Below are positions 11,741 through 24,390 of a stretch of DNA of 37,501 nucleotides, one piece after another. This stretch comes from Nemertoderma westbladi (taxonomy: Eukaryota; Animalia; Xenacoelomorpha), in contig JAUCBJ010000898.1 of the NCBI GenBank assembly GCA_032718475.1, forward strand, positions 1 to 37,501, read 5' to 3'. The translations under genes and the position numbers were made by a program. The notes under the pieces were generated by a model, which saw only the letters and a program-made list of their open reading frames with translations, was not told the origin of the DNA and did no database searches. How positions within the stretch are numbered: the first letter of the stretch is position 1; the number at the start of each line of letters is the position of its first letter.

Positions 11741-14700
11741 CTAGTAATATACTATTAATCTGTTAATCGGTGAGCACAATTCAGACAATAAATAAATAAT
11801 AAAATATGATTGACATGCAGGTGAGTACAATTCAGACAATGTCGAGTATTTAAATAACACAATCATTGACATACATAGATTGGATAAAGTAAGTATGATA
11901 TGTACGTAAAGGTGAGCAAATAAATAAATAAATAACTGACAAACGTTCAGGCGAGCATAATAGATAATAGAATATTCAGGCGTCATAAATAATTCAAACA
12001 AATTACAATAAATAATTGACATACTACATACAACGGACTATTCAGACAATCAACGTGTGAGGGATATATTGTAGGACTAGGGTTCTAAATCATCATTGAA
12101 TTTTACTCCGAAGCTATTAAGCAATCGTGAACAAAAGACAAAAGTGATTGAACATCATCCGATTTAAATAACTCAGTAATTGACGAAAACGGTAGGTCCG
12201 TATATTTGTTATTTGCGCGTATACTGTCTGTTAGCGCGCAGTGCAGAAGGGCGTGCTCCTCAGTTTGTACAGCATTGCTGCCACAGTGACATATGCGTCG
12301 CTCACGTGGAATACGTGACCACCTCCCGGTCTCTATTCGTAGTTTGTGGGCCGATAAACGGCTCCGTGTCCACGAGAGACGGTGGATTTTGTTATTACTT
12401 ACTTTTTCATTATAAATTTTCGTATTTACTTTTAGTTCTGGATTTATTTTTCTATATATTTCAGTTTTTGGAGAGCTCGTGTCTCTCGAAAGTCTGTTTA
12501 TGCGTTCTGACATGTCCGCTTTGATAGGGTCAGATTCCATGGCCAACAGTTTATCTAAGTACAGCGCCATGGGGCGGGGCTACGTACCGATCTAGCCAAG
12601 TTTAGAGCAAACAGTAGTGGTCCATGCTTATCTCCAGTCTTAGAGACAGACGAAATGAAAAGCCTCTGCCTGGACTTGATTAGAGCTTTTACGGAGGGAA
12701 TTCCTAATTCAACTAGACATAGGTCATTAGAACACGATTTACGGACCCCAAGGCAGGACTTTATAACGTCTACACACATTGATTCTACACACTGTAGTTG
12801 TTCTGTCAGCCATGTTTCGGAGCCATATAAAATTGACGATAATAGTGCTGCATCCATTACTTTCCTTTTGACCCAAAATGGGGAGTTGTAATTTTTGGCT
12901 AAGAACGCGTTGTATTTATTTTTATGGCACTCCTTTTCCTTCAGGTGGATTGTGATTGCACTTTGGACTTTCCCGTCTTGTGTTATAGGTGACCCGAGAT
13001 ACATGTATAACTGGCAGTTCTCAATATCTATCTTTCCTGTCAGCCTGTTGGGATACTCATGCGGTCAATGTCATCTCCATTGATAACTAAAAATTTTGTT
13101 TTCTTCTCATTAATCTTAACACGGTATCTCTCGCAAAACTGTATTAACACTGCTACCTTTTCAATAAGACGTTCACGGGATGTTGCAGCCATGCTACCTT
13201 TTCAATAAGACGTTCACGGGATGTTGCAGCCAATCAGCCAATACCGAGTCGTCCATTAGGATTAGTGAATGGAGAGACTGTATGAAACCATCTGGTTTGA
13301 GTTTCTTTAGTAACCTTATTAATGGGTTTATAAAAACTAAGAAAAGTAAACAGCTGCTGGGTGCACCTTGACGAACACCTATATATGCCTGAATTAGGCA
13401 ATTACCTAATAAAGCGAGTGTTCTAGAATATATACAATTTATAAACTGGACCATAATTCTACCACACCCTAGAGAAATCAGCTCGTCTATTAATATTTTC
13501 CTGTCCACAAGGTCGTACGCGGCCGAAAAATCAACAAACAGGAGAAACAACTTTTTCTTTTGCACTCTAGCTATATCGATTAAAAGGCGGAGAGTCATGA
13601 TATGTTCAATACAGCTTCTACCTTTTTGAGCACCGGCTTGTTCTGTATCGGGACACCACCATAGACTGAACCTTCAATAAATAATCAAGTCGAGTAATTT
13701 GGGTAATAGACCAAGGATGCTTATTCCCCGGTAATTGCTGCAGATAGAACGCGCTCCTCGCTTAAAAACCATAAACAGTTTACAGATCCGCCATGATTCT
13801 GGGTAATCACAGCCAAGGAATACTAGATTAAATACATTAAGAATAGCTAATAACCATTGGATCGGCAATTTCTTCAACAAGCCTGGAGCCAAATTATCAG
13901 GACCACAGGCCTTATTAGGTTTCATCTCATCTATGGCCTCTACGACTTCCACTAGTGTGATTGGTCTATCCAGAATTGGTACATCAGGACAAGAGTGAAT
14001 GTTGCTGGCTGGGATTACATTATTATCATCGTCTGGTTTTGATAGCAATGTACTTAGATACTGTGCAAACTCTTCATCAGATGGTTCATCAGCTGGTTTC
14101 GCTTGTATGACCGGTGCAAATACCCCCCTTGAAATTGATTGCCGACCAAATATCGCCGTAGTTATTGGATGTCAGTAGTCTTTCCCACCGAGGACCATAT
14201 CCGTCATTTTGAACAGACTTTAATTTACTTTGTCGAGCGAGATCTTGTAAGGTATTCGTAATTACTGTACACTTGTCTAAGATACCACTGGACAAACTCG
14301 CAACTGGGTCAGTATTAGCTGCCAAATTGGCAAAATGCAATTGGTAAATTTTACTGAAAGGTATTCCAGAATTTTTCCCGTTTATTGTAGGTTGTAAATA
14401 ATTTTGTATAGATTCTGCACGTGTGTGGAGTTCTATAACATCTAAGCGCAACGGTAATGCAATCTCTAATGTAATAGGCGCATGGTTGGAAGGGTAAAAC
14501 TGGTCATTATGCACCATAAAACAATTAATGTAATTTAATGCACTACGGGATACAATAACATAATCCGACACCCATCTATCAGTCATACGGAAGGTTAGGC
14601 CTGTTGGGTATGACACAGAATTATAACAGATGTTATTCAGGGGTAATAAGTCGCAAAATTTGCACAAGTTTAAAAGCGACCTACCATGTGAGTTGATAAC

Positions 14701-15560
14701 TCTATCATGGTTCGGTTTGTAATTTATTATACTGTCACATAATGACAACGGGTTTCCAATCTTACAATTTAAGTCGCCCAAAATAAACACATTAGTACCA
14801 GACTCTTGGGCTGCCACACATTTAGATTGCAAATTTGCGAAACAGTTATCATTGAAATATTGGGAGTCTGATGGTGGGATATATAACAAGCTCCAAAAAG
14901 CATATTTGGTGCAAATGTTAGGCTAAACCACACTTGGTCAGGCAGTCAGGGAAAGCAGTATCTACATTACATATATACTTATAAATATGGTTATGTACAA
15001 ATAATGCTACACCTCCGCGGTTGTAAGCTTTACCTATAGGTTTTGTGCGTATGGGCTCAGAGAACCCAGGTACTGAGAACCGGAAAGCTGTTTTAACTTC
15101 TGATAATAGAACGATATCGTAATTCCTAATCAATTCCAGTACTTGTGTATTTTCCAATTTGTCCTTTATACCATTGATGTTCCAACAGATAAATTTTGCT
15201 GTGCTAATCACCCGGCCCTTTAGTTTTCCGACAACTGGCTTTCTTTACAGCTTTATGAACCACTACCAGACTACACCGTCCCGTTTAACTGAACGCTCTT
15301 TCCAGTCTATACGCATATTACATCCAATATTTACTGGTTTGTTACGTTCATCGCGGAGAACTTTTCTCAAATCAGCGTCCCGTTTACGTTTCGTGTCGGA
15401 TTCATCCTTGTTTAAGAATACCATGTTAAATTCATCTATGTCCTTGAGCTTTTTCCCAAGCGAGAGTGCCTGGTTTCTGGCATCGATTGTGTTCAGTGAT
15501 ATCAGGAGGCGGGGAGGGCGGGAACCCGAGATGTTCGAAACAGCCCCTAATCTGGGGGTA
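11741..15560 (-). mobile_element. Degenerate two-ORF LINE (3' end of ORF1, ORF2 with APE, RT and C-terminal CCHC)
   Basis: ICWNINGI, LLSEVK, ILGDLN, SNHAPI; NYRGISI, FVDFSAAYD, GVRQGAPSS, LMDD; HKLRIETGRW..CHC..HALLHC; ORF1-like RLG..RPPRLL..VFLNKD at about 15265-15560; several disruptions. Confidence 0.9.
13151..13232. repeat. Exact 41-bp tandem duplication within the LINE RT
   Basis: TGCTACCTTTTCAATAAGACGTTCACGGGATGTTGCAGCCA twice, at 13151 and 13192. Confidence 0.9.
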
Positions 15561-16211
15561 CAAGTACTGAAGTACAGACTGCCTGACTACAGTACAGACA
15601 TAAGCAGATAAGTAGGCCTACTTAAGTACAGGAAGTACTACTACTACAGTCAGACAGTACTACCGGTGACTGACCGATTGACAGTTGACCGGTACAGGCA
15701 GACCCAGACAGGCTGACTGCGACTGGACTGGGGTGAACTGCTCCGTACAGCCGTATGTATGCCGTAGTTATTAGGCCTATCAGTCTGTCAGTTAATATTT
15801 AACTTTTTATCACTGTACCCTATCATATAGCCTATAGGCCTATAACGTATTTTTCTACCGTTATTACAGTATTATTAGGCCTATTATACATACCGGTACG
15901 ATGCAGCGATGTCTGATGGACAAGCAAAATTGTAAATTGTAAATCGTGACGTTATATTTAATGACGTAATACCAGTCGCCTGAATACTGTAATACAGTAA
16001 TAATATTACTGTAATAAAGATGAATAAATTACTACTTCTATTGTCAGATCTAGATCTGCAGATTGTGTTAATGTTACTGCTGTACTCGTACCGGTCAGCG
16101 GTCAGCCGGTACTGTGATATATTTGTCGATTTGTTGATTGTGACCTGTGGTGCGATATACTTTTGCTGTTTTGTTTATTGTTAGGCCTACAGGCCTATGT
16201 AAGTCAGTAAG

Positions 16212-17940
16212 TATTTATTTATTTATTTATTTACACGAGGGATCAAGTAGTTAAAAACAGAACATAACACAATACAATACACGAATAAAACAATCGGTCA
16301 AACAAACACAACATTACAGTAGTTAAGTAACTTGTACATACTGACATAAGGTAAACAGCAAAACGAATAAAAATAAAACACGGACATGTAAAAAGTAATG
16401 TACTGTAGTTGTCGTTAGCTAAAACGAGTGGTCGTGGGAGAGAACCACCCAGGCTCAGGGCACTTATCTGCTTATGGGTGTGAATAATTGTATACATAGT
16501 GATTAATATAAAAAATGGTGATGATCGAAAATGAAATGAAAAATAAAAAAAAGTAAAGAAAAGAAAAAACTGGAATCAACGAGTGAATTTTGCGTGGGTA
16601 AGTCTGTAAGTAAGTCCGTTTTTAATAATTGCACGGAGAAAATATTTATACTTTTGGCATCAACAGCTTGTGCTGGTAATGAGTTCCACACGGGCACAAC
16701 ACGGTGAGAAAATGAATGCTTACAGATTTGAAGTCTACATTGGAGAACATACAGTTTATGATTATGACCACGTAGACCAGCTCTTGGGGCACTTGTGAAC
16801 ATCTTATTGAAATCTATATCTACTAAACCATGCTTTATACGATACAACATTTTGAGGTCGAAAATAATTATACGCACCTCTAACGGTTGCACAGATAGAT
16901 ACTGTATGCGATTGAGGTAACTGACATACGGTAGTTTGCAGCGAGCGTACAATCGCCTGGTAAAGTACCATTGTACTTTCTCAACAAGGTCAATACTTTT
17001 TTTGTGAAAGGGCAGAAGCCAGAAGGGGACCATATGCTGATATGGGTGTGCAATATTCCAGCAACGGTCTTACCAGAGTCTTGTATGCGTTAGCAGGGCT
17101 TTAATATTAGCTGTCCCTGTCAGTACACTACGAAATATCCAGTTCAGTATTCTATACGCTTTTGCAACTTGTTCCCTACAGTCTGACAGTATTTATCAAA
17201 TTTTAGGTCCGTACACACGATTAAACCTAGATCCTTACAGTATGTATCTGATTTAAGCACTGCACCATTTAAATTATAAACAAATTTATTATTATTTCCA
17301 CCTACGTAAACAACCGAGCATATGTGCGCATGTGTGCATTTTGAAGGGCTGAGGCTAGAGAATCACAATCTTCCTCCGGTGCATAAAGCTTAAGGTCATC
17401 AGCAAATAGTTTATTACATACAGGTAACAATGCATCAGGTAAATCATTAATAAATAAAAGAAACAATACTGGCCCCAACCCCAAGACACTGCCTTGAATA
17501 GTTCCCGATGTAACTACACTACACAGTAGTCCGATGATTCGGTACCTACAAGTACATTTTGGGTTCTATTACATAGAAATGCACGTATCCATAGAAACAG
17601 ATCTCCGCATACACCGTAGTGAGCTTTGATAGTAATTTAGAGTGAACTACCGAATCAAAGGCTTTTGCAAAGTCTATATATATATAATGTCCAGGTTCTT
17701 TCGTTTATCAATTAAATTGAACCAATCAGTAACACATTCTAGCATTTGAGTACAGGTGGATTTACGATGTAAAAAACCGTGTTGTGCCCTATTTATTAAT
17801 TTATGAGAAAATAAATAATCTATTAAAACCTGTTTAATGCGCATTTCCATGAGTTTACAAGCGATACAGATAAGGGATATAAGCCGATAGTTATAAGGAT
17901 CTGACAGTCTGACGGATCGCCTTTTTTGAACATTGGTATT
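16212..17940 (-). mobile_element. 5'-truncated degenerate CR1-clade LINE with (AAAT)n tail
   Basis: NYRLISL, QHGFLHRKST, LGPVLFLLFINDLP, KLFADDLKLY, LRGHNHKL, FSHRVVPVWNSLP; (TATT)n at 16212-16232 on + strand. Confidence 0.9.
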
Positions 17941-18494
17941 ATGTTGGCCGTCAGCCAGACAGATGGTAATGCGTGCGTTTCGAATGATTTCGAAGTACTT
18001 TGTCAATAAATATACCGGTAGGTATGCGGTATACAGGTAGGCCAGGCCTATATATATAAATAGAAATATATATATACAGCAGTACCGTACAGCGGAAGGA
18101 TCCATTGCTGCATTGTCATTTCAACATGTCATTAGGCTGTTAGTACTATAGTACAGGTAGGCCTACTGCATAAATTGTGTTCGGTGTTAGGCTGTTAGAC
18201 TTAGATGGATGGATGGTTAGGTGTTGTAATCAGGTAATGGTAACTCTGCGATCTGCTTCTGGCTTTTAGACCCACGCCAGTTTGCTATCTCATGTGCCGG
18301 TATCTCTGTATCTCCCTATCTCAGACCACGACACCGGCACCGGACACACGAACTCAACGCAACCTCCAGTGTTTCAGACCTTCGTACTGTCGTAGTCAGT
18401 GAGGTAGTCAACGCAGCAACGCGGCTCGCCTATCCCGGCACCTGCGACCTGCAGCGCAGTACCTACAGTCCATCACCACTTTCTGACCTTTATC

Positions 18495-19208
18495 ATGGAA
18501 TCTACGACCGGGAACGACTGGAACTCTGTCCCGTCAGCGAACTCCCAATCAAAGCGCTCTGCCTCGGTAGTGAGTAGCACATCGGGGATCCTCCGATGCG
18601 ACATGCTGCAACGAGCTGTCTGGGTCAAACTCAACGTGGGCGGCCAGACCTTCCTAACGACACGGCAGACGTTGTGTAAGGACACGCAATCCTTCCTGTA
18701 CCGACTGTGTCAGGAGGACAACGACCTGCCATCCGATAGAGACGAGAATGGGGCTTACCTCATCGACAGAGACCCTAAATATTTCAGCCCAGTCCTCAAC
18801 TTCCTTCGCCACGGGAAACTAATCTGCGACAAAGACGTTTCGCTTGAAGGTGTTCTTGCTGAGGCGGAGTTCTACAATTTATCGGAACTTATCGTGGTTA
18901 TAAAGGCTAAGTTAGACTTGGTGGCCCGGTCGGGGGGTCGCTCTTTGAAACACGTCTACCGGGTTATCCAATGCCAGGAGGAGGAGTTGACGCACGTTGT
19001 GTCCACCATGAGCGACGGTTGGCGGTTCGAGCAACTCATTAACATCGGGTCGCAGTACAACTATGGGAACGAAGATCAGTCGGAGTTCCTTTGCGTCGTC
19101 AGTCGCGAGTGTACCGGGACCAACGATTTCAACGGAGACGACGATAAAATATTCACGGATCGCGAACTTAAAGTCTTCTCGACTCATCAGGCGCCCAGTA
19201 GGAGGTAA
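18495..19208 (+). CDS. KCTD5: BTB/POZ (T1-type) protein of the KCTD2/KCTD5/KCTD17 (insomniac) family, Cullin-3 adaptor; single coding exon
   Basis: [53 protein letters not shown] and family-specific [54 protein letters not shown]; intact ORF; AATAAA at about 19628. Confidence 0.93.
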   Translation: MESTTGNDWNSVPSANSQSKRSASVVSSTSGILRCDMLQRAVWVKLNVGGQTFLTTRQTLCKDTQSFLYRLCQEDNDLPSDRDENGAYLIDRDPKYFSPVLNFLRHGKLICDKDVSLEGVLAEAEFYNLSELIVVIKAKLDLVARSGGRSLKHVYRVIQCQEEELTHVVSTMSDGWRFEQLINIGSQYNYGNEDQSEFLCVVSRECTGTNDFNGDDDKIFTDRELKVFSTHQAPSRR

Positions 19209-21766
19209 CTGTAGTTCCCCATCCATATCATTATCTTTAATTACCGTAATATATATAATTTTTTTATTCGGAATTTTATGCGACGGTTATTGTTTTTGGG
19301 GGTCTCTTTCCCGTTTGCTCCACAGCTGTTCTAAACCCCCCATAACTCCCCTTTCCCCTATCTCTCCTTGTCCCCTATATACCGGTATATATATATATAT
19401 ATATACCGGGACACTACCACTGGGCCTCTAACATGATAGAAGAGCCTACACATACACAACACCTAATTCATTGGGAACTCATACGTGTGTCCCATATGAA
19501 ATGTAGGGCCTACCCGACTTTCTTCTGATATATTTCACTTTGCAGCTTACTGACCCCCACCCCATGTGAAGAATACCAGGTTTGAACTAAAGTCCCAGGT
19601 TTTAGAGGGACTGAATCGAACCAAAACAATAAACTAATAAGTATCTGTAAGTAAAGGTTATAAAATCTTAATAAGCGCTATAAAATACCCTACTTTAAAC
19701 CCTACTCTTCGTTACGTGCGTTATGTGGGATGTCTAGTGGGTGCATACGTTCCTTAGTTGTTGATATATTGCACATAATGTGAGGTCTGTGTGACTCATA
19801 CTGAATGATGAGCTGATTTTTGTGCAATATCTCGGGAACTGTTAGGTAGGCCTAAACGCTTTGTTCTGTTTGTGTCTGACGAGTCTGCTAATAACCTACT
19901 TACCCAAAAATCATTATATTGCGGTAGTATTAGCCTAATGATGATGGCATTATGAGCTTCTGAAATGTAACATAACTGTAACAGTACCGGTAGGCCTACT
20001 ATGGCCACTGAAGTCTGGTCTCCGTTTCCTTTCTTACGGGCACTCTCGGATATTTCGATATTTGGTTTATTATTTTGGTTAGGGTTGCGGCCGCGCCCCT
20101 ATTATAACTTGCCTAAATTAACACAGCCAGTATTATAACCTATTTTTTGGCTTTGATTTGTTCCAAACTTAATATTTCTCGTTTTGATAATTTATTAAAA
20201 CGTTTAACTTTTCATTTTATAGGGTAAACTTATTGTCTGCGAAGTTTCCCCCCGACTTTGTTTAGGTTTTGAAGGCTTCTAATTCTCGAAAGTGAAATAA
20301 TCTCAAACACAATTGAATTCCAAGCTTACGTAATGATATTTATATTTTTCTCTACTTATTTCCTTTAGGAATTACAATTTTAAGTATTTATAACAATTTC
20401 TTTAATTCTATTATAATGATTGGGTTCCGCTATCTACCTACCGGTACTTATAATAACCAACACCGCAGTTTTAATTGCAATTTTCTGATTGATTACATAT
20501 TGTAATCTATTCTATATAGATTATATTACTATCGATATATTTAGTTTACCTACCTGGGTAATAAACCATTTTATTCATTATGAAGCTAATTGAAGTTATT
20601 GTGTTATTTAATATTATTATGAGTGGTACATTGTTCTTTCAGTATCCGGTATGTAGTATATTAATATCATTATACAACATCTGTTACAAAAGACACTCAA
20701 ATTTCTTTCCGATATTTTGTGATTGATTATATCTGTTTTTACAGCTGCAAACTTATGATAACTATTTATATATTCAAAGAAATTTCCTCTTTTGCGATGT
20801 AATTTAATTCATTAATATTTGACCAAAATAAGCAAATAAAATAGCGAACCGTGAATCACGGAGCGGTGTAGCTTCAATTAATATCATATTGTTTTATTTA
20901 CTCAAAGTCCTCTTTAAGTTATAAGATAGTTATTTAGATAAGTTATTGTTATAACCAGCTACATAACTATATTGTATTTACATTATCATAGTTATGTAGA
21001 TTTAACAATAACATAACAACAATAACAAAAAACGATTGATTTTTAAATTAGGAAAAATGTTTACTGTTTCATTATTTTATTGTACATGTTGAGGAAATAT
21101 TCAATTTCGAATCGGTACTTAATATTTATATATCACATGGGAAACAAAGTATAACTTTTTTTCACTATTCTCTCTACCCTTTATTAACCTCAATTCCCAT
21201 ATATAATACGTAATTTTTTCTTAAATTTGTACTTTTTTATTGCTAAATTCTTCAATAAAAGATAGAGCGATATATAGTGCTACAAAATAAATTGAACTGC
21301 AGTATTTTACTGCTAACTGCGATTAAAATTATTGTACTCTACAATTCCTGATGCTGCCTTACTCAATGTTAAATAATTTAGTGTTCTCGAATATTTATTA
21401 CGTAACTAGAGAGCCGCTTAACAACATAAAACCAATATTGGATATTGAGTTCCGTTTTGGAGTTCACCATGCAGAGACTAAAGTTGCAATAACTGTTGAG
21501 TGTGTCAATGGATTTTGTTCAAATTACTTGCAAACCTTTTCTACGCGATGCTCTTTTAAAAAGGAAATTCCACGAAAATTGTATAATTTACTTTTTTCGC
21601 CGGGAAAAAAGTAAAATTAATAATCGTAGACGCCTATGGATTACTTTATTTCCCTCGGGGAAAAAGTACTCATCTTTTCTCCCGATTTTGGCCGATATTT
21701 GAGCGAAAAAGTAACAATTTAAGAATAAAAGCGATAGTTATAGCGAAAAGTGTATTCAACCGGGTA

Positions 21767-22077
21767 CCCTTGGAGTCCCGAATAGATGGGGCGACACGGC
21801 TATTAATTTTTGAAAAAAAAAATCCACCCACAATTCTCTTATTCCAGACTATTAATTTTTTCTAAAAAAATTAGTACATTTTTTATTATGAGTAAATAAA
21901 AGTTTGTTCTCATAATAATTGAGAGTTGAAAGTGAAAGAAAATAAAAACAGTGTACCGAGTATACCACAGGTAGCCGTAGGTACTACTGTACCTGTACGC
22001 CTATATATACTGTATATTACTGTATGTTAAGTAAGTTAAACTATTCCCCCACCCCGACTATTCGGGACACCTTTAGT
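21767..22077. mobile_element. MITE-like element of about 310 bp
   Basis: Terminal inverted repeats GGAGTCCCGAATAG (21772-21785) and CTATTCGGGACACC (22058-22071); TSD not clean. Confidence 0.5.
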
Positions 22078-22802
22078 GTCAAAGAAAGGCCTTTTTGCTT
22101 CGCCCATTAATAAATATTTAGTAAACATAGAAACTACTTCTTTACCATAATAATAAAATAGTTATTAGGCTACGGGTATATGAATGATCTTTTTTTTATA
22201 TTATACGATACATGTAGGTAACTTGATTTTGTTACATTACACTTACAGTACGAACATGGTACATTATTATATTATTGTGTGTTAATTTCATTGATACAAA
22301 TTGCTGCTCTCTTTCATAAACATGTTATAACCGAAATCATTCACGTGAGAGTCATCATATTTTCGACAAAATTATTTCAACTAATTTGGGAGGTGTTGTG
22401 TAGGTCAGTTTATATTGTGCCAAGGAATGTATCATACTTATTTTTTTATTTTCCTTTAGATTTTGAGTCGGTAATTTATGTGGGTACCCAAAGTGAATGT
22501 TAAATATTTCCCCATTATAATTTGTATTTTATTTACTGAAAATTGTTAATAATTTCCACGGGTGTTTCTATTATTCGATATTTCCAGTTTATTGTTGTTA
22601 TTTTATTTCTCTAACCAATCAATATAAATGTCACTTTATTATCTTACACACTTCGCCTCGTAAACTCAGTATATTCAATTATACCACTTCCATATAACTC
22701 ACATATTTTCCTTATAAATTATTTTCCTTTATATTAATTATCAATTCCGGAATATTCGACATCCGGAATATATGTCAGAAAAAGCAGGAAAACACTAAGC
22801 GC

Positions 22803-23200
22803 TTGATTGATATGAACAATAGTCTATTATTATACGGTCTTGGTCTTGGTCTACCTGATGAATCTCTCAACCGACTTCAGATTGCCTTAAATTCATCTAT
22901 CTCCTCAACGAATCGAGTGATAATACCCTATACTTCCAGATTTGCTCACATAACCCCTATCTTAAAATCCTTACATTGGCTTCCAATAAAACTGAGAATT
23001 GAATATAAAATAGCGACTCTTACCTGGATGGCCCTAAATAATAAATAACCCGAATATATTCTCAATCTATTGATACCGAATTATTCTGCTACAAGAACTA
23101 ATTATCTCTGAACCCTTAAAGTTCCGCAATACAACCTAAAGTCTTACGGCGGTCGCTCCTTTTCCATCGCTGCTCCGACTGTGTTTCCGTCGAGATCTAA
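22803..23200 (+). mobile_element. L2-clade LINE 3' fragment
   Basis: LNRLQ..HITPILKSLHWLPIKLRIEYKI then, past a stop, YGGRSFSIAAP: typical L2 ORF2 C-terminus. Confidence 0.8.
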
Positions 23201-23427
23201 AGTCCCATTTCTTTAACGTGCGTTCCACTGACTGTTTAAATTTTCTAGCTTTGCTAATTTATTGGCGCCTTTGAACTAACTATAGTGATTGTGTGCAAAT
23301 AAACCAACGAAGATTGGAACACTATAAAATTATTTTGTACCTAGTATACTGTGGTTTTATTTCGAAATCGTAACGTTGCGAAACATATGAATGAAAGCCG
23401 TTTGAAGTCGGTTTTACATGGTGGTTA

Positions 23428-23860
23428 AAAAACCTGTACCTAAAGGTACAATGGGTACCCCTGTAAAGTCCTATATAAACTTTAATTTGTATCAAAACAC
23501 ATCGAATTTTTGTAGTCGGTCATTTGAATAGTTTTGAACACTAAATATCAATATGTAGAGCATTTCACCAATTGTCCGTCTGTCTGTTTGTCCGTCTGTC
23601 CGCTTCAAGCTATCTTACGAACGGTTGACCCGATTGCAAGAATTTTTTGTTGCCATGGGGCCACTAAGTACTAGTGATAAAAAAGGTAAATTGTTTATTC
23701 TCAGTTGCCATAGGAACGAGTTGCTATGAATCAGGGTTTAGACAAAACCCATACGAATAGCAGATTTTCAACTGAAAACCAGCCAGATCTGAGGTAAAAA
23801 TATAAATTGAGTACTGCCGCGCACATTCCCAACATCATCAATACTCATTACCATAACAAT
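23428..23860 (+). mobile_element. Non-autonomous repeat with GTCY microsatellite (Helentron/DINE-1-like), copy 1; may extend to about 24360
   Basis: GTCCGTCTGTCTGTTTGTCCGTCTGTCC at about 23575; whole segment is an inverted diverged match to 26678-27046. Confidence 0.55.
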
Positions 23861-24390
23861 AATCGTTGGAATTGCTGAATTTTAGAAAAAATTGTACATT
23901 TTTCGTTAGAAGCAGGAATGTGTAACAACTGAGAAGGTAAAATTGCTTTGAAAGAACACCAATAACATGAATTTAATCTACTGTTGGTATGTTACCAAGG
24001 AAACTAGCTGCGTTATATGTTCCATGCTTTACATTTCCGATCCCTTTCATTGTCCTTTATTCCAATGTCACCGACATCTGACCAGCTGTGAAAATTTTCT
24101 TCAAAACTCGTTCATATAAAATTACCAGATCGTATACAGTAGGCCTAGTACCACATAACAAGTTTCATTTTCGAACAGATATTCCGTGGATGGGTTGAGA
24201 ATTTTCGAAAACACGAAATGTCTTAAAACTGAACTCTAAGTATATACACCCACCAACGTATTCAGGGCGAAAATTTAGACTCCAGGGGTAATTTATCACG
24301 TAAACGAATTTATTCAGTCGAACCCCAAGTTGTCAACACGTCGTCGTAGCCCCAACTACTACTACTACTACTGTACTACTACAGTACTAC

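Noticed and set aside
19381-19410. CCGG(TA)nCCGG hairpin in the KCTD 3' region
   Set aside because: The palindrome is mostly a (TA)n microsatellite
18912-19431. ORFs overlapping the KCTD gene in other frames or strand
   Set aside because: Shadow ORFs of a GC-richer coding region
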